Of a DNA stretch of 64,000 nt, positions 27,082 through 41,457 are shown piece after piece. The stretch is from Octopus vulgaris (taxonomy: Eukaryota). Below the pieces are notes generated by a model. That model was not told where the DNA came from, ran no database searches, and worked only from the letters and a program-made list of their open reading frames with translations. Made by a program: the position numbers and the translations under genes. The first letter of the stretch is position 1; each line of letters starts with the position of its first letter. The DNA lies in contig OX597840.1 of assembly GCA_951406725.2 (NCBI GenBank), forward strand, positions 33,046,001 through 33,110,000, given 5' to 3'.

Positions 27082-28267
27082 CCGTCCAAGAATTTGGACC
27101 TGGAGATCTCCATTTCCAGCGACTTCGAGGGACACCTCCCAGTGGTGTCGGGCGTCAAGGAAGAGCCCTCGACTACAACAAGACGACCAACGTTTTTTTT
27201 TTTCCAAGGCCTGGGGTCTCCCGCCCCTAAGCCCTAGACCATCACCTAATCACCCTTACCCGTCTTGTTGCTTAACAACAACAAGAACAACAACAGCCAT
27301 CACCACCATTACCACTACCCCCCTCGGCCAGACCACGGTTTTGACGACCCAACAAGGGTGGCCCCTACATCAGGAGTTTTGAGATCGGGGTGCCTACCCT
27401 TAAACTTACGCAACAGATATTGTGCGGTTCCGTGACATTGTTGCATAAATTACAAGCAACTGGATTTTGACGACCCAACAAAGGTGCCCCCTACATCAGG
27501 GATTTTGAGAATGGGGTGCCTACCCATAAACTTATGTAACATATTTTGCGCAGTTCCGTGACATTGTTACATAAATCACGAGCATCTGAAAGCAATCCTT
27601 GTTTCTGAAACAAATATGCGGACCCCTTTTTGCTTTTCCCATTCATTTATTGTTTCGAATCTCGGGTAGGTGGAGCTCCCCAGGCCTGTAAAGCAATACA
27701 CGTAGGAGGAGAAGGCCTTTCCAATGGAAAGCTTTCAGCTTGGTGGTCACCGCAGACGTCTTGACCGGTTGAGCCACTGTGGTCAGATGTTCATGAGTGG
27801 GATCAGACTGAGCGGACAGACTCTTTGGCCCTTTTATCTTTTACTTGCTTCGGTCACTGGAATGCGGCAATGCTGGAGCAACACCTTGACGGGTTTGGTC
27901 GAAGAAATTGACATTAGTTGTCAAGCGGTAATCAGGGACAAACACAACCACAAAGACACACACACACATACACACACACACACACATACACACACACATA
28001 CACACACACACATACGTACGTATGTATGTATGTATGCATGTATGTATGGATATATATGTATATATATATATATGTATGTGTGTGTATGCATATATGTATG
28101 TGTATGTATGTATATATATGTGTGTATACACACACACATACAAACACACACACATACGTACGTATGTATGCATGCATATATGTATGTATGTATGCATGCA
28201 TGTATGTATGGATATATGTGTATATATATGTATGTGTGTATGCATATATGTATGTGTGTGTATATAA

Positions 28268-28307
<40 letters not shown>

Positions 28308-28413
28308 AAACACACATACATAAGTACGCATGTATGTATGCATGCATGCATATATGTATGTATGCATGCAAGTATGTATGGATATATGTGTATATACATG
28401 TATGTGTGTATGC

Positions 28414-28446
<33 letters not shown>

Positions 28447-29830
28447 TGTATGTGTATGTATGTATATGTGTGTGTATACGTATCCCGGGTAGGCTGAACT
28501 CTCGGGCCTTGTTAAGCAATTCGCCTTGAGGACGGCCCCTCAAATGGAAAGCCTTCAAATTGGTGGTCAGCGTAGACGTCTTGGCCAGGTGAGCCCCTCT
28601 GTACAGAACTCCAACTCTAAAGAATGAGGTCGAAATGCGTGCACTGACTCACACTTTAAAACTACTAAGCACTGACAGGTAAAAAAATCCAAGGTGTATC
28701 AGGGATCTGTTTACATAACCACTGAAGGGTGTGTTGGCCCTCCTCATGATCTTCCGACACGAAGAAACTGCCATTATAATGATGATGATCGTTGCTGTCA
28801 ATGAATAAGGTGTTCTCCGCAATGTTTGTAACCGAAAACATTTCGTGCAAGACTGCTAACTGAAAATAATATGAGGGTGCGTCTCTTCTGAAACTATATC
28901 TAGAGGTAAGTTACTTGTAATAAAGAGACGCTGTGTGGTAAGTAGCTTGCTAACCAACCACATGGTTCCGGGTTCAGTCCCACTGCGTGGCATCTTGGGC
29001 AAGTGTCTTCTACTATAGCCCCGGGCCGACCAATACCTTGTGAGTGGATTTGGTAGACGGAAACTGAAAGAAGCCTGTCGTATATATGTATATATATAGG
29101 CGCAGGAGTGGCTGTGTGGTAAGTAGCTTGCTAACCAACCACATGGTTCCGGGTTCAGTCCCACTGCGTGGCATCTCGGGCAAGTGTCTTCTACTATAGC
29201 CCCGGGCCGACCAATGCCTTGTGAGTGGATTTGGTAGACGGAAACTGAAAGAAGCCTGTCGTGTATATGTATATATATATATAAGTGTGTGTGTATATGT
29301 TTGTGTGTCTGTGTTTGTCCCCCTAGCATTGCTTGACAACCGATGCTGGTGTGTTTACGTCCCCGTAACTTAGCGGTTCGGTAAAAGAGACCGATAGAAT
29401 AAGTACTGGGCTTACAAAGAATAAGTCCCGGGGTCGATTTGCTCGACTAAAGGCGGTGCTCCAGCATGGCCGCAGTCAAATGACTGAAACAAGTAAAAGA
29501 GTAAGGTGAATCCATCGCAAAAAAAAAAAAAATTTACAGGTAAAAATTCGATTTTCCGGAACCGTTGATTCCAAAGCTTTACCGGAATACAGACTTTTCC
29601 GAACCAGGGACGGTCACCTTTGTCAAATTGTTGTTGTTGTTAAGCAACAAGACGGGTAAGGGTGATTAGGTGATGGTCTAGGGCTTAGGGGCTGGAGACC
29701 CCAGACCTTGGAAAAAAAACTTTGGTCGTCTTGTTGTAGTCGAGGGCTCTTCGTTGACGCCCGACACCAGTGGGAGGTGGCCCTCGAAGTTGCTGGAAAT
29801 GGAGATCTCCAGGTCCAAATTCTTGGACGA
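27082..29830. mobile_element. Putative DNA transposon with ~200-bp terminal inverted repeats
   Basis: 27082-27283 is the reverse complement of 29628-29829 with few mismatches; no TSD recognised. Confidence 0.7.
28930..29503 (+). mobile_element. SINE A partial copy followed by a full copy in tandem
   Basis: 5' half at 28930-29097, full copy at 29099-29503. Confidence 0.9.
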
Positions 29831-29880
29831 CCCTTTGTAAGTTGGAAACTTAAGCAAATATTAAATTAACTTAAATAACA

Positions 29881-30292
29881 CTCTCTTTACTCTCTTTTAC
29901 TCTTTTACTTGTTTCAGTCATTTGATTGCGGTCATGCTGGAGCACCGCCTTTAGTCGAGCAAATCGACCCCACGACTTATTCTTTGTAAGCCTAGTACTT
30001 ATTCTATCGGTCTCTTTTGCCGAACCGCTAAGTTACGGGGACGTAAACACGCCAGCACCGGTTGTCAAGCGATGTCGTGGGGGTGGGGACAAACACAGAC
30101 ACACAAACACATATATATATACATATACATATATACGACGGGCTTCTTTCAGTTTCCGTCTACCAAATCCACTCACAAGGCTTTGGTCAGCCCGAGGCTA
30201 TAGACATTTGCCCAAGGTGCCACGCAGTGGGACTGAACCTGGAACCATGTAGTTGGTAAGCAAACAACTTACAACACAGCCACTCCTGCGCC
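29881..30292 (-). mobile_element. SINE family A, full length
   Basis: Sequence identity to family A. Confidence 0.9.
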
Positions 30293-31106
30293 TTTGTAAC
30301 AAAATTTTAATTTTATTTATTTTACTTATTTATCTTTTGGCCTTTGGTCTGAAAATGTTATTTCCTATTTGTTTCTATCTAGAAATCAAAGGAAACGACT
30401 ACTATTCCCTTCACACTTTGCTTTTGTCATCTGGACGTCTGTGTTTTGAAACTGACCTATTTTCCATTACATTTCTGATTCAGCACTGAGTTGCTGAAGC
30501 AGAAATATCATTATAGCAAATATTCTGCTCAATATCACAGATTTGCTTGTCACTTGCTTGACTATGACTGCGTGAACCTGTTCCTTAGTGGCTGACAATA
30601 TGAGCATCTCTGATGACGAGCAGGAATAGTGGGGAAGCAACACAGCTATCAGTTGAGAGGGATTCTTTGGGCTTTGAATAAATGTAAAAAAAAGTAAAGT
30701 TTGAAGGAAATATTAGCCATTTTTGATATTTTCTAGGGACAAGCAAACAGGGAATGGGAAATGACAGTTGCTTCTCAAGGACCAAAATCTTGTTACACAG
30801 TGTAATAAATTAATACGACAAGATTTGTCAACTATCAGTGTTTTCGTAATCAATTTAAAAATCCATTGCACGGGTGATTAGCCCATTCAACTTCACCAAT
30901 AGAGCCTACAACGGCTAAAATTTAATTTTTCACACAATATTAAGTTGATTATCCCCTAAAACGGGAAAACCTATAATATTTCTTTCCTTTTAATGAGGAT
31001 AACAGTTCAAATCCCACCCCCGCTCGGTGGGTGGGTGGGTGAGTGGGGGGAACAACAATAAAGCCTACAACGGCTTTAATAATCTCAATATTTCAACAGT
31101 TAACGA

Positions 31107-31519
31107 GGATCTTTTCGGTTTGAACGGCAGTTTTTTCAAGCGGTGTCATATGAAATTGTCACCCATAATTATGACCCTAGTATCGATCTATTGCATTTCA
31201 ATCTGTTTTAGGGTTATGGTTAGTTAGGGTTAGGGTTAGGGTTCTTCAGAAATGTAAATAAACCCAAACTGTTTCTTAAACGAGGGACATATTCATACGG
31301 CTCAGAATGTTTTTTTTACCTCAATAGACGTCATTGATTGGTTGAAATTGCAGAAATTGAAGAAAAAAAACAACAAATATCTAACAAACTATAGGATTTT
31401 CTCAATAAAGCCAAGAGAAAAAGATGTTTTATGAACACATTCTACCAGTATACGAAGTTTAAAACTTTTTAGTTACCTAGAAATTATGTTAAAAACTGCC
31501 GTTCAAACCGAAAAGATCC
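31107..31519 (+). mobile_element. MITE with TIR GGATCTTTTCGGTTTGAACGGCAGTTTTT and internal (TTAGGG)n
   Basis: 29-bp TIRs at both ends; second copy inverted at 31686-32085. Confidence 0.85.
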
Positions 31520-31685
31520 CAATTTCGATTCCCGGACGGAGTGATGATACATTGCACCCTTGAGCAATACTCTCCACTTAACGTGAAAGGCGTACGGCGT
31601 ACGGCGTACAAGTGTGCATGTGTAAGTAGAGGTGGGAGATGTTGCGCTCACGATCTCTACATGGCACTTTCGATTTCCATTACGT

Positions 31686-32423
31686 GGATCTTTTCGGTTT
31701 GAACGGCAGTTTTTTAAAATAATTTCCACGTAACTAAACACTTTTAAACTTCGTATACTGGTAGAATGTGTTTATAAAACATCTTTTTCTCTTGGCTTTC
31801 TTGAGAAAATTCTATGGTTTGTAAGATATTTGGTGTTCTTTTTCTTCAGTTTCTGCAATTTCAACCAATCAATGATGTCTATTGAGTTAAAAAGCATTCT
31901 GTGCCGTATGAATATGTCCCTCGTTTAAGAAACAGTTTGGTTTTATTTACATTTCTGAAGAAAAAAAGATACCCTTCCCCCTAAAACAGATTGAAATGCA
32001 ATAGATCGATACTAGGGTCATAATCATGGGTGACAATTTCATATGACACTGCTGGAAAAAACTGCCGTTCAAACCGAAAAGATCCCTGTTGAAATATTGA
32101 GCTTATTAAAGCCGTTGTAGGCTTTATTGTTGTGTCCCCCACCCACCCAGTGGGAGTGGGATTTGAACTGTTATCCTCATTAAGAGGAAAGAAATATTAT
32201 AGGTTTTACCGTTTTGGGGGATAATCAACTTATTATTGCGTGAAAAATTAAATTTTAGCCGTTGTAGGCTCTATTGTGGCACCCCTAACCCTAACTAATC
32301 CTAACTCTAACCCTAACCCTAAAACAGATTGAAATGCAATAGATCGATACTAGCGTCATAATTATGGGTGACAATTTCATATGACACCGCTAGAAAAAAC
32401 TGCCGTTCAAACCGAAAAGATCC
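31686..32423 (-). mobile_element. Composite MITE (full copy, extra 190-bp segment, additional end) with 8-bp TSD CATTACGT
   Basis: CATTACGT at 31678-31685 and 32424-32431 directly outside the outermost TIRs. Confidence 0.8.
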
Positions 32424-32665
32424 CATTACGTCCTTCAGCAAGACTTTTCCTTTCATGCGGACGGCGCATGGTTTAGAAGACTTATGCGTTGTACTCCCAA
32501 TGGTTGAGGTCGCTGCGTCGGTTCCGTCTTCGTGTTTTTGTTCTCTTCGTAGAGTCCAATCGGGTGGGTGGGGTCATTATTGTTTTACGTTTGAAACAAA
32601 AGCCTTTGGTTATGTAATAAATGTGTGTATACACACACATATACACACACACGTAGATATATATA

Positions 32666-32745
<80 letters not shown>

Positions 32746-32992
32746 CATACACACACACATATATATATGTATATACATACATACATTTAATATCTACATA
32801 CACATATTACATATATATATGTATATACTCACATACATATATATAGACACATCTGTGTCTATATATATATGTATGTATGTATGTATATATATGTACGTAT
32901 ATGGATATGCATATGTATCTACATATGTTTCTCTCCATATTATATATATATATTACATATTATGCATATATATATACATGTGTGTATATATA

Positions 32993-33198
<206 letters not shown>

Positions 33199-33394
33199 CC
33201 GCACAGTCCCATAAACATGAGACTAACTCCCCCGACACCAAAAAAGTAAAAAAACTAAGAATAAAGATAAGAATAAAGTAAAATAAAAAACAAAAACAAC
33301 AGAGTTATAACATTTCTGAAATTTTAAACTGGAACGGGACAAATTACTTGGGTGTGTTGCTATTTTATGGAAATGTCAACAATATTGGTGCTGT

Positions 33395-33985
33395 CTGGTG
33401 GCGATGGTGGTGGCGGTGGTGGTGGTGGAGATGGTGGTGGTGGTGATGGTGGTGGTGATGGTGGTGGTGATGGTGGTGGTGGTGGTGGTGGTGGTGGTGG
33501 TGGTGGTGGTGGTGGTGGTGGCGGCGATGGTAGTAGTGGTGGTGGTGGTGGTGTTGGTATGGTTGGTGGCGGCGGGGGAGGTAATGATGGTGGTGGTGGT
33601 GGTGGTGGTGGTGGTGGTGGGTGGTGGTGGCGGTGGGGGAGGTAATGATGGTGGTGGTGGTGGTGGTGGTGGTGGTGGTGGCGGTGGTGGCGGTGGCCGC
33701 GGCGGCGGCGGCGGCGGTGGTGGTGGTGGTGGCAGTGGCTGTTGTGGCGGTGGTGGTGGTGGTGGTTATGGTGGTGCTGGTGGCGGTGGTGGTGTCGGTG
33801 TTGTTGGTGGCGGTGGGGGGAACTTTATGATGATGGTGGTGGTTATGGTTGTGGTGGTGGTGTTGGTGGTGGTGGTGGTGTTGTTGTTGTTGGTGGTGGT
33901 GGTGGTGGTGGTGGTGTCGGTGTTGATGTCGGTGGTGGTGGTGGTAGTGGTGGTGGTTTTGGTTGTGGTGGTGGTGGTGGTGGAT
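33395..33985. repeat. (GGT)n microsatellite
   Basis: Directly visible. Confidence 0.95.
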
Positions 33986-34412
33986 ATCCGATGTTTTTCA
34001 GTGAGTGTGCTTTTCTGGGTCGGTGAACCTGTAACGCGGGATGCGGGGGGTGGGGGAGTGCAGGAGGGGGAGGATGATGAAAGAGGGTGTGGGTGGGAGG
34101 GGGAACGGGTAAATGAGATGTTAATTTCACTGCTGGCTGTGGTGGTGGGGGTGATGGTGATGGTGATGGCGGCGGTGGTGGCGGTGGAGGTGGTGGTGGT
34201 GGTGGTGGTGGTGGTGGTGGTAGCGTTTCCGTCGGTCTCGACGGTGAACATATCTGTAGTTCAACTAAGTAAATAACCCTTCATATTACCCTTGAAAAGT
34301 TAACGAGGTGGTCGAGTATTCCGCTGATATGCACACTTATATCACAAAAGGTCTTCTCTGTTTACTTAGATTTGAAAACCCAATGTTGTCGTTATTATTA
34401 TTATTATTATTA

Positions 34413-34450
<38 letters not shown>

Positions 34451-34788
34451 TTAGTTGCTTCAGTCATTGAACTGCGGCCACGCTGGGGCACTGTTTTAAA
34501 GAATTTCAGTCGAAAAAAATTGACTTCACTACTTATTTTGATTTTAAGCCTGGTATCTATCGGTATCTTTTGCCGACCTGCTAGGCGACGGACGTAAACA
34601 TATCAACACATTCCCACGGCTTTATCGATCGCGTTTTCACCTGAAATCGATTTTTGTAATTTTTTCAAGACTTCTACACACCCTGATGCTGTCGATATCT
34701 ACATATCAAATTTGAGCGCAATCGGATGGAGGATGCCCGAGATCCTAGAAGCCACACACACAGAGACAGAACGGAACGGATTGTATAT

Positions 34789-34875
<87 letters not shown>

Positions 34876-35393
34876 CGTGTTTCCTTCAGTTTCCGTCTAC
34901 CAAATTCACTCACAAGGCTGCAGTAAAAGAACCTTATCATGGTGCCATGCAGTGGGAGTGAACCCAGAACCATATGGTTGGGAAGTAAACTTCTTACCAC
35001 CCAATCACATCAGCGCCTCTTTATTTATCCATAATTATTATTTTAGGGTGAGAATTTCCTATACGGATTTAGTCTTACATTCTATTGACAAAAAAAAAAT
35101 ATTGCATTAAAATTTTTTAGAGTCATTAACAGTAAAACGATTAAGATCCATCCAAGCCTGAAATTTCGAGAGATTTTTAGCCAATCAGAAGTCTCTATTA
35201 CTAACAAACCGGAAACGGCAATTGCCATGCGTTGACGATGTTTTTAAAGTAGACCACCATTTTGTGTTGGTGAAGGTATCATTTTTACTTTCTACCCCCA
35301 TTTCATGATCCTCTCCTGTCTCCATCCGTCCTCCTCGTTATAGGACTGGTTACTACACTGGTGCCTTGGTCCAGGTACAAAGTGACCTCCTTT

Positions 35394-35621
35394 GAACCAC
35401 TAATTAGGGATAAATTCTCGAAGGAATGAAAAATAAAAACATTAACCATCTATTTCCTGGACCATGGTTTCTGACTTTTTTTTTTTGTTAGGAAATATTT
35501 TATTTGCCTGGCAAAATTATTTTATTTGCTAAAAGAAAGTCAGTAACCATGGTCCAGGAAATAGATAGTAAATGTTTTTGTTTTTCATTCCCTTCGAGAA
35601 TTTATCCCTAATTAATGGTTT
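35394..35621. mobile_element. Palindromic MITE-like element (about 90-bp arms)
   Basis: AACCACTAATTAGGGATAAATTCTCGAAGG... versus ...CCTTCGAGAATTTATCCCTAATTAATGGTT. Confidence 0.75.
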
Positions 35622-35697
35622 GGATTTTAGCTGTTCCTTCTAGCGTAAGGGAATCCTATGATGGGTACCTCTTAATGTGTTTAAATGTACACTGTAT

Positions 35698-35784
<87 letters not shown>

Positions 35785-35787
<3 letters not shown>

Positions 35788-35946
35788 GCAGGAGTGGCTG
35801 TGTGGTAAGTAGCTTGCTAACCAACCACATGGTCCCGGGTTCAGTCCCACTGCGTGGCATCTTGGGCAAGTGTCTTCTGCTATCGCCCCGGGCCGACCAA
35901 TGCCTTGTGAGTGGATTTGGTAGACGGAAACTGAAAGAAGCCTGTC

Positions 35947-35994
<48 letters not shown>

Positions 35995-36205
35995 GTGTGT
36001 GTGTTTGTGTATCTGTGTTTGTTCCCCTAGCATTGCTTGACAACCGATGCTGGTGTGTTTACGTCCCCGTAACTTAGCGGTTCGGCAAAAGAGACCGATA
36101 GAATAAGTACTAGGCTTACAAAGAATAAGTTCCGGGGTCGATTTGCTCGACTAAAGGCAGTGCTCCAGCATGGCCGCAGTCAAATGACTGAAACAAGTAA
36201 GAGAG
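35785..36205 (+). mobile_element. SINE family A, full length
   Basis: Sequence identity to family A. Confidence 0.9.
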
Positions 36206-37324
36206 TATATACGACGGGCTCCTTTTAGCTCTCATCGATCAAAACAACTCCCTAGGCTTTGGTGGGGCCGAGGCTATCGTAGTTGATATAAAGAATAATC
36301 AAGTTAATCGCTTATAATTTTATTTTCGCTTCATTTATTCATTCATTTATTTATTGAGCCGTTTTAGGTTTTAAAAATCTACTAAATTTAACAGAGTCCC
36401 TCTGAATCTTGCGCGGCTTGTTTAAGTTTTGGGGCCACATGAAACTATTGAGACCCCTTAATATAATGGGAGGCCTCTTTATTATCTTATTATTGAGTTA
36501 GCAAATTCATAAAGGTCCCCTAAACCTTTGCACTCAGGGGTCCCACAAGGTGTGAAACCGACCCTGGACTTTAACTGATGATGTTCTTGAGAATGAGGCC
36601 TGTGATATTCTTTGTAGTATCTATGTTGCCTCCATCATCTTTCCTTCTTTCTCGTTTGCGCAGCTTTTCTTGATCTTCGAGAAGGAACCAGACACCAAGT
36701 GGGTTTTTTATTGCCCCGCAGAGAGTAAAGATTCGGATGAAATGCCGCTAAGCATTTTGTCCGGCACGCTAATCATTCTGCCTGCTCGTTGTCTATCTAC
36801 CTCTATAAATCTCTCTCGGACTCTAACATTCTCTCTCTCCTCTCTCTCTCTCTATCTCCCTCTATTAATCTCTGTCTCTATCATTCTCTCTCTCCTCTCT
36901 CTCTATCTCCCTCTATTAATCTCTTTCTCTATCATTCTTTCTCTCCTCTCTCTCCTTCTCCCTCTCTATCTCCCTCTATTAATCTCTCTCTCCTTCAATA
37001 TTTAAAACACCTTATATTCTTATAAGGTGTTTATTATTATAAACATTATTATAAGGTGTTTATAATATAAACAGGAGTGGCTATGTGGTAAACAGCTTGC
37101 TTACCAACCACATGGTTCCGGGTTCAGTCCCACTTAGTTTAACCGATACCAGCTTTCTCAACTACTGTTACCATATAGAATAACTAGAATAGTAATATAA
37201 TACTAAATATAATAGTAACCCAACTACTATACAGGAAGCGGACTAGATGATGATAATCTACGTCTAGCTCTAAACATAGCAGTAGCAATTGTACATCTAT
37301 ATATATTCTTTCTTTCTTTTGCGT

Positions 37325-37710
37325 CTCCAGTCATTTGACTGCGGCCATGCTGCAGTACTGCCTTGAAGGATTTTTCAGTTGAACATATCAACCCTAGGAC
37401 TTATTTCTTAAGCCCAATACTTATTCTATCGGTGCCGTTTTACCGAACCGCTAAGTTACGGGGACGTAAATACAGGCACAAAGGTACACATGCACATACA
37501 CATACACACAAGCATACACGGATATTTACAAATATATTCACATATACGACAGGCTTTTTTTCAGTTTCCATAAAGCAAATCCACTCACAAGGCTTTGGTT
37601 GACCTGAGGCTATGGTAGAAGACACTTGCCCAAGGTGCCACGCAGTGGGACTGAACCCGGAACCATGTGGTTGGTAAACAAGCTACTTACCACACAGCCA
37701 CGCCAGCGCC
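37325..37710 (-). mobile_element. SINE family A, diverged copy
   Basis: Sequence similarity to family A. Confidence 0.8.
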
Positions 37711-38242
37711 TTATATAAATATATATATAAAGAGTGAGATAGAAGGAAAGAGAGACAGATGAGGACACCTATCAGATGAGGACACCTATCTGTCTGTCTG
37801 TCCGTCTTTGTCTGTCTGACAGTCAGAGACAGACAGACAGATTTCTTTATTAGGCATAAAGCCTCACAGACAGAGGGGACACCACAAGGACAGACAAGAC
37901 CACAGTGGGGACAAAAAACATAAACGAATGTAAATGTGATGAAATTATATTAAAAAATGACAAATGAAAATGGTCGCATGGGCCCCACTCCCATGTGGTA
38001 CCATTAGAACCGTTATATACATTATCTACAATTGTTCTTCAATTTTTGCACTATTTTTTAAACATAAAATACTTTACTCTTTCTTTTTTTCCTTTTTCTC
38101 CTCCTTTTTCTTTTTCTTTTTACTTTAGTATCGACGTTTTTTTTTGTGTCCTGTACCCATATATGCATGTATATATACATGTAGATGTAGGTATGTACAT
38201 ATATGTATATATGCATATGTTTTATTTATTAATTTGTTTATA

Positions 38243-38355
<113 letters not shown>

Positions 38356-38561
38356 ATTGATGTATGTATGTATATAGTTCGAATTTACGAAAACAAAAAC
38401 AAAAGACTAAGACAGGTGTGTAAACAACAAACAGGTGTATTAGTTTAACGCTTGGGAAGGTGAGAAAGTCTTTTATGTTTCGAGCCTAGCTCTTCAACAG
38501 AAAGGAACACAAGGAAATAAACAGAATAAAAAAAGCTTTAGTGGCTGGCGGTCAATCATGC

Positions 38562-38614
<53 letters not shown>

Positions 38615-38619
38615 TTCTA

Positions 38620-38938
38620 AAGACTCCGCCGGTTACGACGACGAGGGTCCCAGCTGATACGATCAACGGAACAGCTTGCTCGTGAAATTAACGTGCAAAT
38701 GGCTGAGCATTCCACAGACACGTGTACCCTTAACGTAGTTCTCGGGGATAATCAGCGTGACACAGAGAGTGACAAGGCTGACCCTTTGAAATACAAGTAC
38801 AACTCATTTTTGCCAGCTGAGTGGACTGGAGCAACGTGAAATAAAGTGTCTTGCTCAAGGACACAACGCGTCGCCGGGAATCGAACTCACAACCTTACGA
38901 TCATGAGCCGAATGCCCTAACCACTAAGCCACGCGCCC
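38620..38938 (-). mobile_element. tRNA-derived SINE, family D
   Basis: Head GGCGCGTGGCTTAGTGGTTAGGG...GAGTTCGATTCCC; central block TGTCCTTGAGCAAGACACTT...CAGTCCACTCAGCTGGC shared with 54705-55105. Confidence 0.85.
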
Positions 38939-38940
38939 TC

Positions 38941-38976
<36 letters not shown>

Positions 38977-39003
38977 ACACACACACACATACACACACTC
39001 ACT

Positions 39004-39044
<41 letters not shown>

Positions 39045-39259
39045 ACACACATATATATGCACATTTGATCTTTTTAGCATGATCCAACAGAGTGTTCCTG
39101 TGATGATCCATTGTGGTTAAGTAGCCACTTGTACTGAGAACATCCATTACAGAAGTTCCAAACAGCCACAACGGTGAAAAGTACGTAAGGAACAAATCAT
39201 ATAAATTTGTGTTTATCATAATTTCCCCTTAGCAAAAATCCACCCAGTCTCTTTCTCTC

Positions 39260-39312
<53 letters not shown>

Positions 39313-40039
39313 GTCTTTTTCTTGCCCTCTCTCTCACTCTATCTTTTTTCTCTCAGTTTCTTTCCTCCTCTCTCGCTCTTTTTTTCCCTGTTTCTTTCCC
39401 CCTCTCTCTCACTCTCTCTTTTTCTTTCCCTCTCTCTCACTCTATTTTTTCTTTCCCTCGGTTTCTTTCTCCCTCTCTCTCTTTTTCTTCCCATCTCTCT
39501 CACTCTCTCTCTTTCTTTCCCTCTGTTTCTTTCGCTCTCTCTCTCCCCCATACACACACACACAAACACATTCATATACACACAAGTACTCATATACATG
39601 TATGTGATTGTGTATGTGATTGTGTATGTGAGTGTGTATGTGAGTGTGTATTTGTTTAAGGATGTGTGGCTCTATGTGTGCGTGTTTGAGCGTGGTGTGT
39701 GTAGCGATGTAAGGTGTAGAGTATGACGTAGCAAAATCGTGCAACGACGCGATCATTGCCGTGACTCGGTGAAAATAGTTAGAAAACAAACAAGTAAATT
39801 AGAAATCTGAATAAATAAACCGTTGATAAAATAGTCGACAAGCAACAGCAGCGTCTATTGACTCTGTATAATCTCTCCCTCGTATTTCATTAACCTTTTA
39901 AAACCTCTGATGAACCCGTTCGTTCCTTTTTTCTGAATCGAATTAAAAACAAGCTAACTCGAACAAGAAAAGCAACTTCGACAACACCTACTTAGTCCTG
40001 AATATGTGTGTGCGTGTGTGTGTGTGAGTGTGTGTCTGT

Positions 40040-40077
<38 letters not shown>

Positions 40078-40436
40078 ATTTATATGTATACTAGTATATG
40101 ACCCGTTCTTTTATGTACGGAGTATTATCTAATATATACATACACACTTATCGTAATATGTAGTAAGAAGCTTGCTTACCAGCCACATGGTTTAGGGTTC
40201 AGTCCCACTGCGTGGCACCTTGGAAACTGAAAGAAATCCGTCGTATATATATATATATAGTTCCATTTGAAAAATCCACCAGAATGGACGAAAGCGCTAA
40301 TATATGATATATGATATAAGTTATATGATGTATAAAAACATGTAATATACAAATAATATCTGTAAATATAAAACTATCCGAATTTCTGAGTACCTCATTT
40401 CTTCTAATATAAAATACCTGTACCTCATCTCCAAAC

Positions 40437-40497
<61 letters not shown>

Positions 40498-40511
<14 letters not shown>

Positions 40512-40753
40512 CACACACTTTATTTAAAAGCAGCAGAAATATAACAAAAGCTGTTACTCAGAGATTCACGTTCCCATTCGTCTATATATTTATATACACA
40601 CACTTTATTTAAAAGCAGCAGAAATATAACAAAAGCTGTTACTCAGAGATTCACGTTCCCATTCGTCTATATATTTATATACACACACTTTATTTAAAAG
40701 CAGCAGAAATATAACAAAAGCTGTTACTCAGAGATTCACGATCCCATTCGTCT
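40498..40753. repeat. 85-bp tandem repeat x3
   Basis: CACTTTATTTAAAAGCAGCAG recurs at 40516, 40601 and 40686. Confidence 0.95.
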
Positions 40754-40836
40754 CCGACGAATAAAGCATATTACTCTAGCTCTGGTATTTGAGTACTCTT
40801 TTTTTCCACCTTGTTTCACATTCATGTGCTTACTCC

Positions 40837-40916
<80 letters not shown>

Positions 40917-41121
40917 AATTTTTATATAAATAAGGAAAAAAATTTATATATTTACTTCGTCATTATATTCAGTGCGGTGGTTTTTTGACCATATAACACG
41001 TGGAGTTTAGATAGGCAATTAAACCGGTCGTGTATATGCATACATATATATGTATGTATACGTGCGTATACATACATATATATGTATGTATACGTGCGTA
41101 TATGTAAGTATTATGTTGTAT

Positions 41122-41191
<70 letters not shown>

Positions 41192-41411
41192 CTATATATA
41201 TGTAATTATATATTATCTGTGTACATCCCACTAATGAGGCAGAGTATATTTTTATGCAGAGCCAGAAATCCGGATCTGGGATTATCCAATAATTTTTTGC
41301 TAGTTTATTTGTCTATTTGTCTTTTCACCTGGTGCTGTATGAATACATGATGTGGTTTTAGAGTCAAGCTTTGATTGCTATTTCTAGCACGGTGATATCT
41401 CTTAGAAACCC

Positions 41412-41457
<46 letters not shown>

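Noticed and set aside
31211-31243. Telomere or chromosome fusion site
   Set aside because: Only a few degenerate TTAGGG units, located inside a MITE
38860-38938. tRNA gene candidates at SINE heads (also 42374, 54770-54846, 55030-55105)
   Set aside because: A and B boxes are present but I could not form a complete cloverleaf, and they continue into SINE bodies
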